Shown here: piece by piece, positions 14,156-25,834 of the stretch | How the letters are laid out: each line of letters begins with the position of its first letter | How positions within the stretch are numbered: the stretch's first letter is position 1 | NCBI RefSeq assembly: GCF_000143415.4 | Contig: NW_003314326.1 | Span: 879,609-943,608, forward strand | DNA from: Selaginella moellendorffii | Lineage: Eukaryota; Plantae; Lycopodiophyta | Direction of reading: 5' to 3' | Length of the DNA: 64,000 bases | Notes under the pieces: model-generated | What the model saw: only the letters and a program-made list of their open reading frames with translations | Told to the model about the DNA's origin: nothing | Database searches by the model: none | Position numbers and translations under genes: made by a program

Positions 14156-15384
14156 TCAGTGATGATCGCCTTGGTGGGACTGTTGCGGAAGAACAGGACG
14201 GAAACCATGTCGGCTAGCCGGTTGGAGAAAGGGACTTGAGAGCGGAAGTGGAGGCCTTTCCGGAAGAGAAAACGTCGACGACGTCGATGAGGAAGAAGGC
14301 CTGGAGGACGACGATGACAGGTTTATAGCCGTGGACGCGGCCACGGCGCCGATGAGAAGCTGGAGGCCGAAGTTGTTTAGAGTCCAGGAAGTTTGCTGGA
14401 TGAACTGGTGCTGCTCGCGATTATCCGCGAGCTTGTTGGATCCCTGGACCAACTTTGCCGGGGGTTTTGGAGCGGTGCACTCGATGGCTTCCACGACTTT
14501 GGCGAAGGTATCGACGCTGGCAACCGCCTCGTCCGAGGCTCCCTTGCCCGTCGCGGTGGCGGCGGTGACGTGCTTGCGGTTGTTGATTGCTCCCTTGAGG
14601 AGCGCTCGCGAGAAGAGCTTGGCGATGGCGGACAGGCGTCGCGCCTGCTGGACTCTCTTCATCATCCGGGGGCTGAGAGACAAAGGCTTGTGAGACCCGG
14701 AACTTGTGAAGGCTTGCTGGATCTTTTGCTGCTCGCCAGCGATAGTGCCAGCGCCAGCTCCAGTTCCGTGACGCAATGGAACCGATCTAGAGTTTCTTTC
14801 CGCCCAGGCGGTTGGGAGCCCGGAGCAAATCATCTCGACTTTACCTGCGGCGTGGTTCCAGAAATCCACTGCAGCGCCCTCGTCGCGTTGATCCCAGTGG
14901 AACCTGGCTGAGAAAAGGAAAACAAAGATGTGATCTCTTCTTTCTCGATCCAATCGAGCTTACCTCCCACTTCCTTGGAGCGATCCTCGTACGTGCAGTA
15001 CTTCTCGAGGAAAAGCTCCAGCTGGTCGATGGCACCGGAGAAATCGTCCGAAGAAGACGAGGACGAAGACGAAGCCGATGCGTCGGGCGTGGCGCGATCG
15101 AGGAGGAGGCCGTAAGAGAATCCGGGCAGGCAAAAGCTATAGCATCCCCGGCCGAGCTTGAGAACCGGGCAGTCCTTTCCAACGGGCCACTCCACATCCT
15201 TGACGGTCGCCACCACCGCCGCCAGCGGCGAATGCAGCTGCTTGGTGAGGACCAGCTTGAAATCGCCGCGCTGCATCGCGACGCTCTCCTCCTGATCCAC
15301 CAGGAAGAGCTGCGCGTTCTTGAGAGTGAGGAGCTCGATATCATTGCCGCGATGATCGCTTCTGTCTGAGGATTGTCCACCCAT
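14156..15384 (-). CDS. Senescence/spartin-associated (ERD7-like) protein, 2 exons
   Basis: ATG at 15384. N-terminal LLTLKNAQLFLVDQEESVAMQRGDF...VEWPVGKDCPVLKL..YSFCLPG.SYGL. GT-AG intron 14908-14963 joins in frame to SPRMMKRVQQARRLSAIAK...ASVDTFAKVVEAIE (senescence-domain-like). Confidence 0.82.
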
Positions 15385-15831
15385 TGCCGCTACTCGACAC
15401 AAACACTGCTCGATTGATTGATCGAGAGAGGAAATTTTCCTCAGAATAGAGAGGAGGAGATCGCCAAGAATTCTCTGGCATTGTATTCGCGTGCTATTTA
15501 TATGGATTTGCGAGGCTGCCAAGAGGAGAGGAAACCGGCTTTCTTTACAAACACATGGGTCCATGGATGTCTCTACACGGTTGGCCAGGAAGGACGCGTG
15601 GCAGTGCCCGCTGAGGTGGCACGACGCTTGACCCACACGTGTCACGAGGTCGTGCCAAGGGACTTATGGATGTCTTGCTTATCTAAGTACATGAGTAAAC
15701 AATACGTTGTAGTAAAACAATCAACCCCTTAAAAAAACAATAGAGATGATATCTTTCATTTGAAGAATTTATTATTTGTTGTAGCCTTCGAGTTCTTCTT
15801 CACCACCTTTAATTTGTTATTGTAGCCCATG

Positions 15832-17207
15832 CTACAAAATCTTGATGTTTCTCGCAGTAGCCATCAAGCTCTCGATCTTTTGCCTTGGTTCTTCCATGGC
15901 TCGCCGGATCAAACCCTCGATGCTGTGCCTGGATAGACGATCCGTGCTCGTCTTGGACACCCTCCACGCAACCTGGAGCTCTTCCACCATCCTCGAGTTT
16001 AGAGCCTGGTCCGAAAAGGATGGCAGCGTGAGCATGAGCACCCCCATGCAAAGGCCCTCCAAGACCGAGTTCCATCCACAGTGCGTCAAGAACACCCCGG
16101 TGGATTCGTGTCCCAGGATGGCCAGCTGAGGAACCCACGAATCACGAACTACGAGCCCCCGCTCGCCTCTAAATCCCTCTGGAAGAACTTCTCGATCCGC
16201 CGATGACGAGTCTGGCGATCGCAAGACCCACAGGAACCTCTGCTGGCTTGCCTCCAATGCAAACGCGAGCTCTTCGATCTGATCCAGGCGCAGCAGCACT
16301 ATGCTTCCCAGTGAGATGTAGACGACGGAGCGGCGGGGCTGCTTGCTCAGCCACAGCATGCACTGCTCTTCCCTGGACACGAGCTCTTTCGCTCGCCTGC
16401 TCAAAACTTCTTCCCTGGGGAGTAAAGGACCGACCGGAAGGATGCGTACCGAGTTTGGATTGAGTAGCCTGTTGTCTCGAACTGCCGCGAGTGCTGCCCC
16501 TTCCAGAGCTTCGAAGGTGTTGATGAGAATTCCCGCTGCTTCGTGCACTCGCAGGCAGTTCTTGATGTAGAAGTCCTGAATAGACTTTGGAGTACTGTCG
16601 AAGAGGGCGCTGTGTATATCTCTTTGCTCTCGACGAAAGCTTCTTCTCCTTCCACAGTCGAAGCTGGCAGTGGAAGCCGAGACTGAGAGAGGAGGGCTTT
16701 GACGTGAAACGCTCCAGCCAAGATGGAAGCCGGAGATGGGTAGAAGATGTACCGGGGAACCCCCAGCCTGTTGGCGACGTCTTGAGTCCAGCTGACTAGC
16801 ATGTCGCTCACTATACACAACCGAGTCGCCGGAGGAGAAGCTCTCTTCATACTGCCCACCATCTCCTCAAACTCTGCCTCGGCCTCCAAGCACTGGGGCA
16901 GCATGAAGTGAAGAGATTCGGCGTTGTCGTGGCCAGTCCTGCTAAAATTTTGTGGAGGGAGTTGCTGTCCACGCAGAGCCACAACTCGCAGCGAATTTCC
17001 ATCGGCTTTGATCCCGAAACCTTCCAGAGCCTCGTAGACGCGGGGAAGACGGTCCTCGAAAGTCACGAAACTTACAGTCATCCCGTTCTTCTCGACCAGC
17101 CGCTGAGCAAGCAGCAGTGATGGACCTACATGTCCCTGAGCTGGGAATGGAAACAATACCGCATGGACCTCGACCTGCTGCTTCTCTCCCTCAAACGAGT
17201 ACTCCAT
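15832..17207 (-). pseudogene. Family-1 UDP-glycosyltransferase with an internal frameshift (pseudogene or sequence error)
   Basis: The N-terminal HAVLFPFPAQGHVGP and CIVSDMLVSWTQDVA are in one frame. INTFEALE, VGPLL, SVVYISLGS and the PSPG box WVPQLAILGHESTGVFLTHCGWNSVLEG...DQ are in another. The frame switch is at about 16620-16640, with no intron-sized GT-AG interval. Confidence 0.85.
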
Positions 17208-17296
17208 TGTTCTTCCACAAAAACCCCTTCAGCGAGTCGTGAGAGGACTTGACTGTCGAGCTTTTGCCCTTTCGAAAGACGATGATTTGTCCTTGC

Positions 17297-19633
17297 TTAT
17301 TCCGTAGTCAGGCTTCTCATCAGCGAGAAGTATGTGGCAGCGTCCGGATTGCAACCCTTCTCCAGCATCAGTTGCATCACCTCGATCGCCTTCTCGACGT
17401 TTCCAGACTGACAGAAGCCCGAGATAAGAATGTTGTAAGCAAGCTTGTCAGGCTCGCAGCCACTGTCTCGCATCGTCTTGAAGCACTGATACGCCGCATC
17501 CATCTTGTTGATCTTGCAGAAGCCATCGATCAAGCTGGTGTAAGTAGCCACGTCCGGAACGCATCCTTTCTCGAGCATCACGTCGAGTACGTTGATGGCA
17601 TCCTCCACTCTTTTCGTCTTGCACAGCCCGTTGATGAGAATGCTGTACGTGTAGAGATTCGGCTCGCAACCTCTCTCGCTCATAACCTGAAGCATCTTGA
17701 GCGCCTCGTCTCCTCTCTCCACGTCGCAAAGGCCACCGATGATAAGTGCGTAGTGCGAGCTCGTCGGAGGACACCCTTGCTTTGTCATCAGATCCATAAC
17801 CTCCTGCGCTTCCTCCACTTTCCCTGTACTGCACAGCCCCTCGAGCATACTGCTGTAACTCGCCTTGTCCGGAGAGATCCCAAGGATGGCAAACGCGTCC
17901 TGCATCCGGTTGGCCTTGCAGTAACCATCGATGAGAGTGCTGTAAGTCACAACATCCGGGGTGCACGAGACCTCCTTCATCAGCTCCAGCACCTTGTGAC
18001 CTTCATCAACTTTCCCAGCCTTGCAAAACCCGTCGATCATAGTGTTGAAAGTCACCAGGTTCGGCTGGCAGCCGCGCTCGAGCATCATCTCTAGAAGCAG
18101 CCGAGCGTCGTCCACCTTCCCCAGCTTACACAGCCCGTTCACCAGGATCGAGTACGTCACCACGTCCGGAGCACAGTCTTTCTCAACCATCACCTCCAAG
18201 AGCTCGTGCGCCTCCTCCAACTTCCCGGCCTTGCAGAGCCCATCGAGGAGGCAATTGTAAGTCACCAAGTCGGGGGAGATCCCCGCCTTAAACATGTCCT
18301 CCATGACCCGGTACGCATCCGCTAGCCTGTCCGCTCTGCTGAATCCGCCGATGAGCGTCGTGTAAGTTATCACGGTCGGAGCACACCTTCTTCCAACCAT
18401 GTCTTCCAGCAGCCTCTCAGCCTCGTCCATCTTGGAAACCTTGCAAAACCCGTCCATCAGGCTGTTGTAAGTCACCACATCCGGCCCACACTTCTTCTCT
18501 ATCATCTTCTCGAGGATCTTGCCAGCCTCTTCATACTTCCCGGACTCGCAGAGACAAGCCACCACAGTGTTGTAGCTAAACGTATCCGGCTCCCGTCCAG
18601 CCTCCACCATCTCTTCCAAGAGCTTGCTCACCTCCTCGAGCTGGTTTTGCTTGCAGAGGCCATTCAAAAGCGCGTTGTAAGCCACGGTATCCGGCGTCAA
18701 GCCCGACTCCTTCATCTTCTCCATGAGCTTCCTTGCTTCGTCCAAGGCATTCGTCTGGCAGCACCCAACGATCAAGGACGTGTAAGTGATCACGTCCGGA
18801 ACGCACGATCTCTCCAGCATCATCTTCAACACATTTCTGGCAGCGTCGATCTTTCCCATCTTGCAAAGCCCAGCGATCAAGCAATTGTATACCGCAGCGT
18901 CGGGGTGGCAGTCCTTCTGGATCATCTCGTCCAGGAGCTGGTAAGCTTCATCGATCCTCTGGCACTGGCAGAGGCCATGGATGAGAATGCAGTACGTGAA
19001 GGCCGTGGGAGAGCACCACATCTTGCCGCGGAAATGCGAGAGTGCTCGATCCAAGTCGCCGATCTGGCAGTAGGCCTTGAGGATGGTGTTGTGGGTGATC
19101 ACGTCGGGGGAGAATCTCCGCGCCAGCATCTCGTTGGCGATCTCCAGCACCATCTTGGAGTTGCCAGCTCGAGAGAACCCTGTGATCAGCGCACCATAAG
19201 TCGAGTTGCTGGGCTTGGAAGGATCGCTGAATCTCTCCCGGAAGAAGGAGTAGCCCTCGAGGGGCCTTACCTTCATCAGGAGGCGAAGCATCTGGTTGCA
19301 AGTGAAGGTCGTGTGCTTGAAAGACCGCTCGCGTTCCACCCATTTGAAGAAGAGCATTCCGGCATCGGGATTCTTGACGCTCCTCAGCACATCGGCCACG
19401 GATTCAGCCGCAAAAACCCCTGGAACGTTACCCAGCGCTTCCTCCAGATCCTCGATGTCGTAATCCTCCACAATCCCGAGCAGCTGATGCGATTTCACGA
19501 CCTCGGGCGACTTGGCGCCACCGACATTTCCACTCCACGCTCGCATTCTCCCCGGCGCCGTCGCCTTCGGTCCTGCCAGCGTCTGGAGCAACCGTCTCGA
19601 CGCTCCAGGGCGGCGCAAGGCGCTTCTCCTCAT
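17297..19633 (-). CDS. P-class pentatricopeptide repeat protein, intronless, about 19 motifs
   Basis: 778-aa ORF with tandem 35-aa motifs (PDVVTYNSLMDGFCK...). The Arg/Ser-rich N-terminus suggests organelle targeting. No E/DYW domain. Confidence 0.95.
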   Translation of the reverse strand: MRRSALRRPGASRRLLQTLAGPKATAPGRMRAWSGNVGGAKSPEVVKSHQLLGIVEDYDIEDLEEALGNVPGVFAAESVADVLRSVKNPDAGMLFFKWVERERSFKHTTFTCNQMLRLLMKVRPLEGYSFFRERFSDPSKPSNSTYGALITGFSRAGNSKMVLEIANEMLARRFSPDVITHNTILKAYCQIGDLDRALSHFRGKMWCSPTAFTYCILIHGLCQCQRIDEAYQLLDEMIQKDCHPDAAVYNCLIAGLCKMGKIDAARNVLKMMLERSCVPDVITYTSLIVGCCQTNALDEARKLMEKMKESGLTPDTVAYNALLNGLCKQNQLEEVSKLLEEMVEAGREPDTFSYNTVVACLCESGKYEEAGKILEKMIEKKCGPDVVTYNSLMDGFCKVSKMDEAERLLEDMVGRRCAPTVITYTTLIGGFSRADRLADAYRVMEDMFKAGISPDLVTYNCLLDGLCKAGKLEEAHELLEVMVEKDCAPDVVTYSILVNGLCKLGKVDDARLLLEMMLERGCQPNLVTFNTMIDGFCKAGKVDEGHKVLELMKEVSCTPDVVTYSTLIDGYCKANRMQDAFAILGISPDKASYSSMLEGLCSTGKVEEAQEVMDLMTKQGCPPTSSHYALIIGGLCDVERGDEALKMLQVMSERGCEPNLYTYSILINGLCKTKRVEDAINVLDVMLEKGCVPDVATYTSLIDGFCKINKMDAAYQCFKTMRDSGCEPDKLAYNILISGFCQSGNVEKAIEVMQLMLEKGCNPDAATYFSLMRSLTTE

Positions 19634-21047
19634 GATCGCCGTGCCGCGCCATGCATCCTAGAACCTCTCAAGAACCCTAGAATCTCAAGATTTTAGGGCT
19701 ATGGCCGGGATTATTATGAATTTTAAACGCTCAACCTAATTATCCGACAAAGGTATGGGCAAAGTGGATATACCACAGGACAAAAGATGATACGATGCCA
19801 AATGTAATGTGAGACAAACTAGCATGTACAAGACAATTCTCATCCTCCACTCTGGCCTTCTCCCTTTGGAGGTCCTAGCATAGCAGTAGCAAATTCACAC
19901 ACCAATTACTCTAGAACGATTTAGAAACAAGAGTTACCTGCTTAAATCTTTGGCAAAGTAAGGCAGATGCATCTCCATGCTGTGCTGAACGCTCGACGTT
20001 AAAACCAACACTATCATAAAATGCCAAACCAGGGAGAGAGAGGTTGCAGGCTTTACCGTCTTCACGGCCACACAGCCTGGTGCTCACCCATGCCAGTTCC
20101 AAGGACAAGAAGAGGATGCACAGTTTTCAAATGGTAGCCCAGGTTCGCAAGTAGGGTGTCATGCCACAGATGTTTAGATTTGATGAAATTGAGGCACAGC
20201 AAGTATTGGAAAGGGAGTTGCAGCTACGTATGCTATCGGAGGTTGAGTGTAGTCATGTGGATTTCAGCGCTATGACTTCTTTTTGAGCCTTTCACTGCCG
20301 TTTGTCTCAAGGATGGCACTGACAGCCTCTAGTACTCATCTCTTTCGCGAAAGAAGAGATTTTTTTATGCTGTCCGTGAGATATCCAAGCTGCAAAAGAG
20401 TACTTAAAACACGAAAGAAGGTGGTGGCTTGCTTACCAAAATGCCAAGAACTATAAAGGCTTCTGTCAAAGGTGTTACATTAGATGGTGATGTCTCAGGT
20501 ATGTAAATTGATACTCCAGGTTGCAAAGAAGAAAGATGACAACCTTCTCAGAACATTTTGAGAGACCTTGTGTGTTTTGCTCACCTCATGGCGTTTCATC
20601 TCAAGATGCAAGAAAGAAAACACGCTATGGTGCATCACCTCAGCGTTATGCTTTACTTTCAGCATAGCATTCTAGTTTGAGATCTTATATTCAATGCTCG
20701 TGTAGCTACTCCTCCGCCTTGGCAAGCTTGGAGTTCTACAAAACAAGATGCCGTTGTCGAGAATAGGAATTGGAAGTCAATTTCCAGGTCACTCTTGACG
20801 CAGGCTTATTCTTGAAGCGATCAAGGGACAAAGAGCCCACATTCCTGGCATAGATCGCTTGAAATGTCACCTGCTGTGCGCTTGAGAAAGTTCCTTGGGG
20901 TTGGTGATATGTGCATGCCGTATCCCTCCTCGTGAGGAAGCGTCGTGCTGCGCTGGTGGGCGGGCAGCAGGAGGAGCATAGCGGCGGTGGTGGGAGAAAC
21001 ACATTTCTTCTAGGGTTTATAGGGAATGAGGATCCAGGCGGGATGAC

Positions 21048-21116
21048 CAAATCTTGCGGCTATGGTATTCGGAAGTGTGCAACACTGGTATTGTGTTTTC
21101 CTTGCACGATCCAACT
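21048..21116 (-). repeat. Inverted copy of part of neprosin exon 3 (22132-22199)
   Basis: caaatcttgcggctatggtattcggaagtgtgcaacactggtattgtgttttccttgcacgatccaact is the near-perfect reverse complement of 22132-22199. Confidence 0.9.
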
Positions 21117-21763
21117 AGATTTTGATCGTTGAAAGCGATGCTACGCTCTCGATCTGACAATCAAAACAACTCTAGGAAGATCCCTGCAAAAACCAGGGGA
21201 AGTGCATGAGGTACAGCAGTCGCACTTTAGGACGTGACCGATCGTCGCCAGAAAGCAGTAAGTTGAATCTCCTACGGCATCGCACACAAACCTCTGCCAG
21301 GACGCGGAGAAGTTGTGCAAAGTACTCGATCACATCCGCCCCGGAAGATGGGTATCGAAAATTGAACTCAGGACCTGTCGCACCCTAAGCGAGAATCAGA
21401 TCACTAGGATCAAAATAATAAACGATTTACTATGCAAATCTTTTGCTACTTTACAAGAAATAGTTTACGAAAAGCACCAAAAGTTGCGGTTATACACGGC
21501 ATATTTAAATTGGATAAGGTGCTTGCTCAACACAGTCACATTCAAACCAGTCTACACGGAACATTTCAGTCTTTGGGCGAGGTCACGGGGATTGTTGTTA
21601 ACGATGGGGTCGCAAGCAAACCCGTGCTGCACGATAGACCAGTTTTCTCTTCTTTGATTTCCATGTCCACACGTTACGAAGTCATTTAAAAGGAACCTCA
21701 TCGATCTGCAAATCAAAGAGTTTCTCACTTGATTAATTTTTTCTTCTTTTTCCACTTCGAAGA

Positions 21764-23275
21764 ATGTCAGAAACAGAAGCATTGCTGCTGATGGTATGCT
21801 TCTTACTTGCTTATGCAGCAGCAGATCTCAATGAGGAGATGAGAGATTTTCTCCGAGACGTGAATCCTCCGTTTGTCACAAATCATACGGTTTGTTTCCT
21901 CATTTTCAGACCCATGTGAACACATAGATTCCAACTTGCAGTTATCAAATGGAGACATCATCCTCTGCGTCCCAATTAAAAATCAACTGTCTCTAAGAAA
22001 CCAGACACTGCAGCTTCTGGTAAGCTGTCCAACATGGATGAAAACTAATGATTTCTCGTCTAGCCTCCTCAAATGATGAGCAAACAAGAGCACAATCGAT
22101 CAGAAAATTCCGGTCAGCTGTTTGGTTTAGAAGTTGGATCGTGCAAGGAAAACACAATACCGGTGTTGCACACTTCGAATACCATAGCCGCAAGATTTGA
22201 TTCTGTGAGGAAGCTAACCAAAAAACATTCCTCTGGAAAAAATCGAGTGCCATTGGCTGATGAAGAACCTGGCGTAGAAACTCACGAGGTAATACAGTAA
22301 TCTAGCAGGATCTGATCAAAACTCTCAAGAGTTGATGATACTTTGCATGACCATGACAGCATGGCTACAACCAGTTGAACGGCAACTTCCGAGGGATGGA
22401 AACAACTATAAATGTTTGGGAGCCATACGTGGAAAAAACTTCCGAGTTCAGTCTGGCACAGTTATGGATCATCTCAAAAAAATTAGGCCCATTGAACACA
22501 ATTGAAGCTGGATGGCAGGTATGTACGCACTTCTAGAAATCAGTCATATTCTTATTTACTGAACCTTTCTTGAAGATTTATCCTAAATTCTATGGAGGAA
22601 CAGGACCTCGACTCTTTGTCTACTGGACGGTAAACCAGACTGGTAATAAAACATTGTATAAGCATTGTCAATGGCAGGCTGATGGCTACGATAAAACTGG
22701 CTGTTATAACCTGCAATGCCAAGGCTTTGTACAAACAAGCAACAAGTACGTACTAGGAGGATCATTTTCGAGCGTATCCACTCCAGACTCTACACAATAT
22801 GAGAAAACCTTATGTGTTTTCCAGGTCCATAGTCCAGACTACGTAAAAAACATGCATAAAAGCTATTAAATGGTTTTGAATTTTTCAGGACGATAGCTCA
22901 AAGAATTGGTGGCTACAAATTGACGGGGAAAGTATTGGATACTGGCCTGCAAGCCTTTTTCAATCTCTACAGAATGGTGCTGAGACATTGGAAGCTGGCG
23001 GTGAAGTCTGCTATGATAAAGAAAGTGGAGTAAGACACACAAAGACTGGTATGGGAAGTGGAGAATTTCCATCCCAGGGATATCTTAAAGCTGCATACCA
23101 GAGAAGAATACAGTACCTGGATTCCAATGGAGTAATGCAGCCAGCAATTGGGATGAAAAGTGGAGCTGAAGTACCTAAATGCTACACTGCTACTAGTGTT
23201 GCTGCTGACAAGGGAGATAACTGGGGTGCATATTTCTTCTTTGGAGGCCCTGGATATAGCAACCAGTGCCCATAA
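21764..23275 (+). CDS. Neprosin-family glutamic peptidase (Neprosin_AP + DUF239), 7 exons
   Basis: Signal-peptide-like MSETEALLLMVCFLLAYAAA, then NGDIILCVPIKNQ, INVWEPYVE..SEFSLAQLW, NTIEAGWQ, RLFVYWT|ADGYDKTGCYNLQCQGFVQ, NWWLQ...IGYWPASLF, GGEV, FFFGGPG. Short GT-AG introns. TAA at 23273-23275. Confidence 0.92.
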
Positions 23276-24060
23276 ACCTTGCAAAAGGCAAAAAAGTGTA
23301 TAAGCTGAAATAAAAAAAATTATGAGATCTACATAAGTTGAAGAGTTGAGTTTAAGTTTTAATTGTAGTTTAAGACAAACATTATAAACTTTAAAATATT
23401 AAAGTTATAGTGAACTTAATAATTTCACAAACTCTCTACACATTATATATATCAAAATGTTATCAATAACACTTCTCTCTACACATTATATATATCAAAT
23501 GTTATCAGTGACACTTCTTGTTCTAAGGAACTCCAGATGCAAAAGCTTTATTAGCTGTTCCAATAGTTTTATATAATGCAGATTTTTGGTGGTGGAATTG
23601 GCTTGAGGAATTTTATATTGCAGATAAGAAACCACTAGTGTTTACCATGGATGAGTTTGAGGTTGCTTTTTGCTTACATTTTTCCCCTCACTATGACATG
23701 GAGAATGCTCACACAAAACTTCAATATTTTTAACAAGGGAAAATTATGCTTAAGGACTATATTAAGAAGTTTATTTGCTTGATTAGCCATATTCTAATGA
23801 AGGATCTAGATCAGAACAAATCTTACTTTATGAGATTTTAGTTTAAATCTACCTTTTGCATTGTTTAAATCTTCCTTTTCTTATAGTTTTTTTTAACTTC
23901 TTATCTTTCACTCTTTCCTTTTCATTCACCTTTATGGTAGAGTAGTAACTTCCTCCTCTTTTGACTCTAGAACAACAATTAATGCAATTATTTGATGTTT
24001 TGTAGTTGTAGTTGAACAATGAAACTCAATTGATAGCAACATTCACAGTGTAGAATACAG

Positions 24061-25834
24061 TGTAAGCAACTAATTTTTCCATTCTACTTTAGTCATTTAA
24101 CCACACCTTTAACCACTTGGAGGAGTCTCATTCACAACCTCCTTAAATCCAATTTAGGACTTGGGACTTGCTAGCCCCGAGAATGGCATCCATACCACTC
24201 ATCCCTTGCACTTAGTCCAAGTGCTCCACGTGTCCAGTCCCAAGACCAACACCCAAAAGTACCATTAACATATCGGCCCGTTATGCTAAGGCCATGCCCA
24301 TTCACCTTTGCCGCACTAGTGGTCCAATACCACTTGCATCACAATCCTGTCTCTCCAAGACTGGGCCATCCGTCCATGAGTGGTCATCCCAGATCCACTC
24401 CTTAGCATCCTTAGGATGCCCACAGACATAGGGAATAGCCTTCCCCAATATCCCTTTGTCAGTTCCTACCAAGTCCCTTTTCTGTCCATGGCCATGTTCG
24501 CCAACACTGCCACTATATCAAGGCCCACAGGCCCGACCACTAAGTCCCATGGTCCTCTGGGACTTCCTCACCATGTGACTGTATCTTTAGTCACTACACT
24601 AGAGGACTGTTCCTCCTCCTTTCCCCCATTTGGGACTCCGGGACAACATTTCGGAACACTGTGGGCCTATGCGAGCCCCGTGGGTACTCTCCCCACCTTC
24701 TGCCTTTAGGTACTCTAGCCATGGGCTTAGAGCGAGGTTCCGTTGAGCCATGCCTGGTATCCAAGTAGGTAGTGCCACCCACATTTGGACAGGGGGCATC
24801 GGCCAGTCGATCTCCCAGGGGAATTAGAGCCGGCTCTTGAACACTTCACCAAGCTACCCCGTTTGTCAGTCCGTATTCACTCTAGTCTTGGACTTCCCAG
24901 TGGTTAATTCATCACCCAACACTGGGTCTAGCCTTCCTGGGCCAAACTGCCAAACTAGCTCCACTGTAGTCCTCCCCCTCACTATACTTTTGGAGCTCAC
25001 CAAACCCCCCAGGGTCTGGGAGATGAACGCTTTGGGCTTTCACCCTCTCAGACTCGGACTCGGACTCGGACTCGAACTTGGACTCGAACTCGGACTCGGA
25101 CTCGAACTTGGACTCGACCTCGGACTCGGCTTCGGTCTCGGCCTCTGCCTCGGTCTCAGCCTCTGCCTCGGTCTCGGCCTCTGCCTCGGTCTCGGCTTCT
25201 GCCTCGGTCTCGGCCTCGGCCTCGGCCTCCGCCTCGGTCTCGGCCTCGGTCTTGGTCCTGGTCCCAGTCTCGGTCCCAGTCTCGGTCTCAGTCTCGGTCC
25301 CGGTCTCGGTCCCAGTCTCGGTCTCGACCTCGGACTCCATCTCGGGTCCTTCTCAGACTCCATCTCGGACTCCGTCTCGGTCCATCTCGGACTCCATCTT
25401 GGGTCCATCTCGGACTCCATCTCGGACTCCATCTCGGACTCCATCTCGGACTCCATCTCGGGTCCATCTCGGACTCCATCTCGGGTCCATCTCGGGTCCA
25501 TCTCGGACTCCATCTCGGACTCCATCTCGGGTCCATCTTGGACTCCATCTCGGACTCCATCTCGGGTCCTTCTCGGACTTCATCTCGGACTCCATCTCGG
25601 ACACTTCCACGTGTCATATGTTAGTCTCTTTTGGGTCCCTTTTTAGAGCCTCGCTTATTGCTCGCGTCGTGCTCATTCCTCGAGCACTTTGTTGGGAGTT
25701 CCACTCCCGCTCTCGACCTATCAAGTCGGAGCTTTTAGTCCAAACTTGTTACGCTCGTTTGGCTTTCGCTTCGGCCACTACCACATGGCACCCTTCCGGC
25801 TCCACTTTGGGGCCTAGGAATTTTGTGTCTCACA
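24061..25834 (-). mobile_element. Solo LTR (subtype B) of the local LTR family
   Basis: TG...CA termini. Reverse complement of the LTR at 43611-45093. Flanks TACAG/TATAG (5-bp TSD, one mismatch). Internal 6-/12-mer tandem array. Confidence 0.9.
25050..25600. repeat. LTR-internal tandem array of CTCGGN hexamers and CCATCTCGGACT/CCATCTCGGGT 11-12-mers
   Basis: Directly visible. Related arrays of different length occur at about 31765-31965, 36470-36890, 37985-38425 and 43835-44095. Confidence 0.9.

Noticed and set aside
19740-21050. Gene-like fragments upstream of the first PPR
   Set aside because: Short, stop-interrupted frames with no identifiable family.
24594-24782. 62-aa 'MGGTTYLDTR' ORF open in four LTR copies
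   Set aside because: It has a GTG start and no recognisable domain. The copies are young enough to keep it open by chance, and it is partly deleted in the older LTR.
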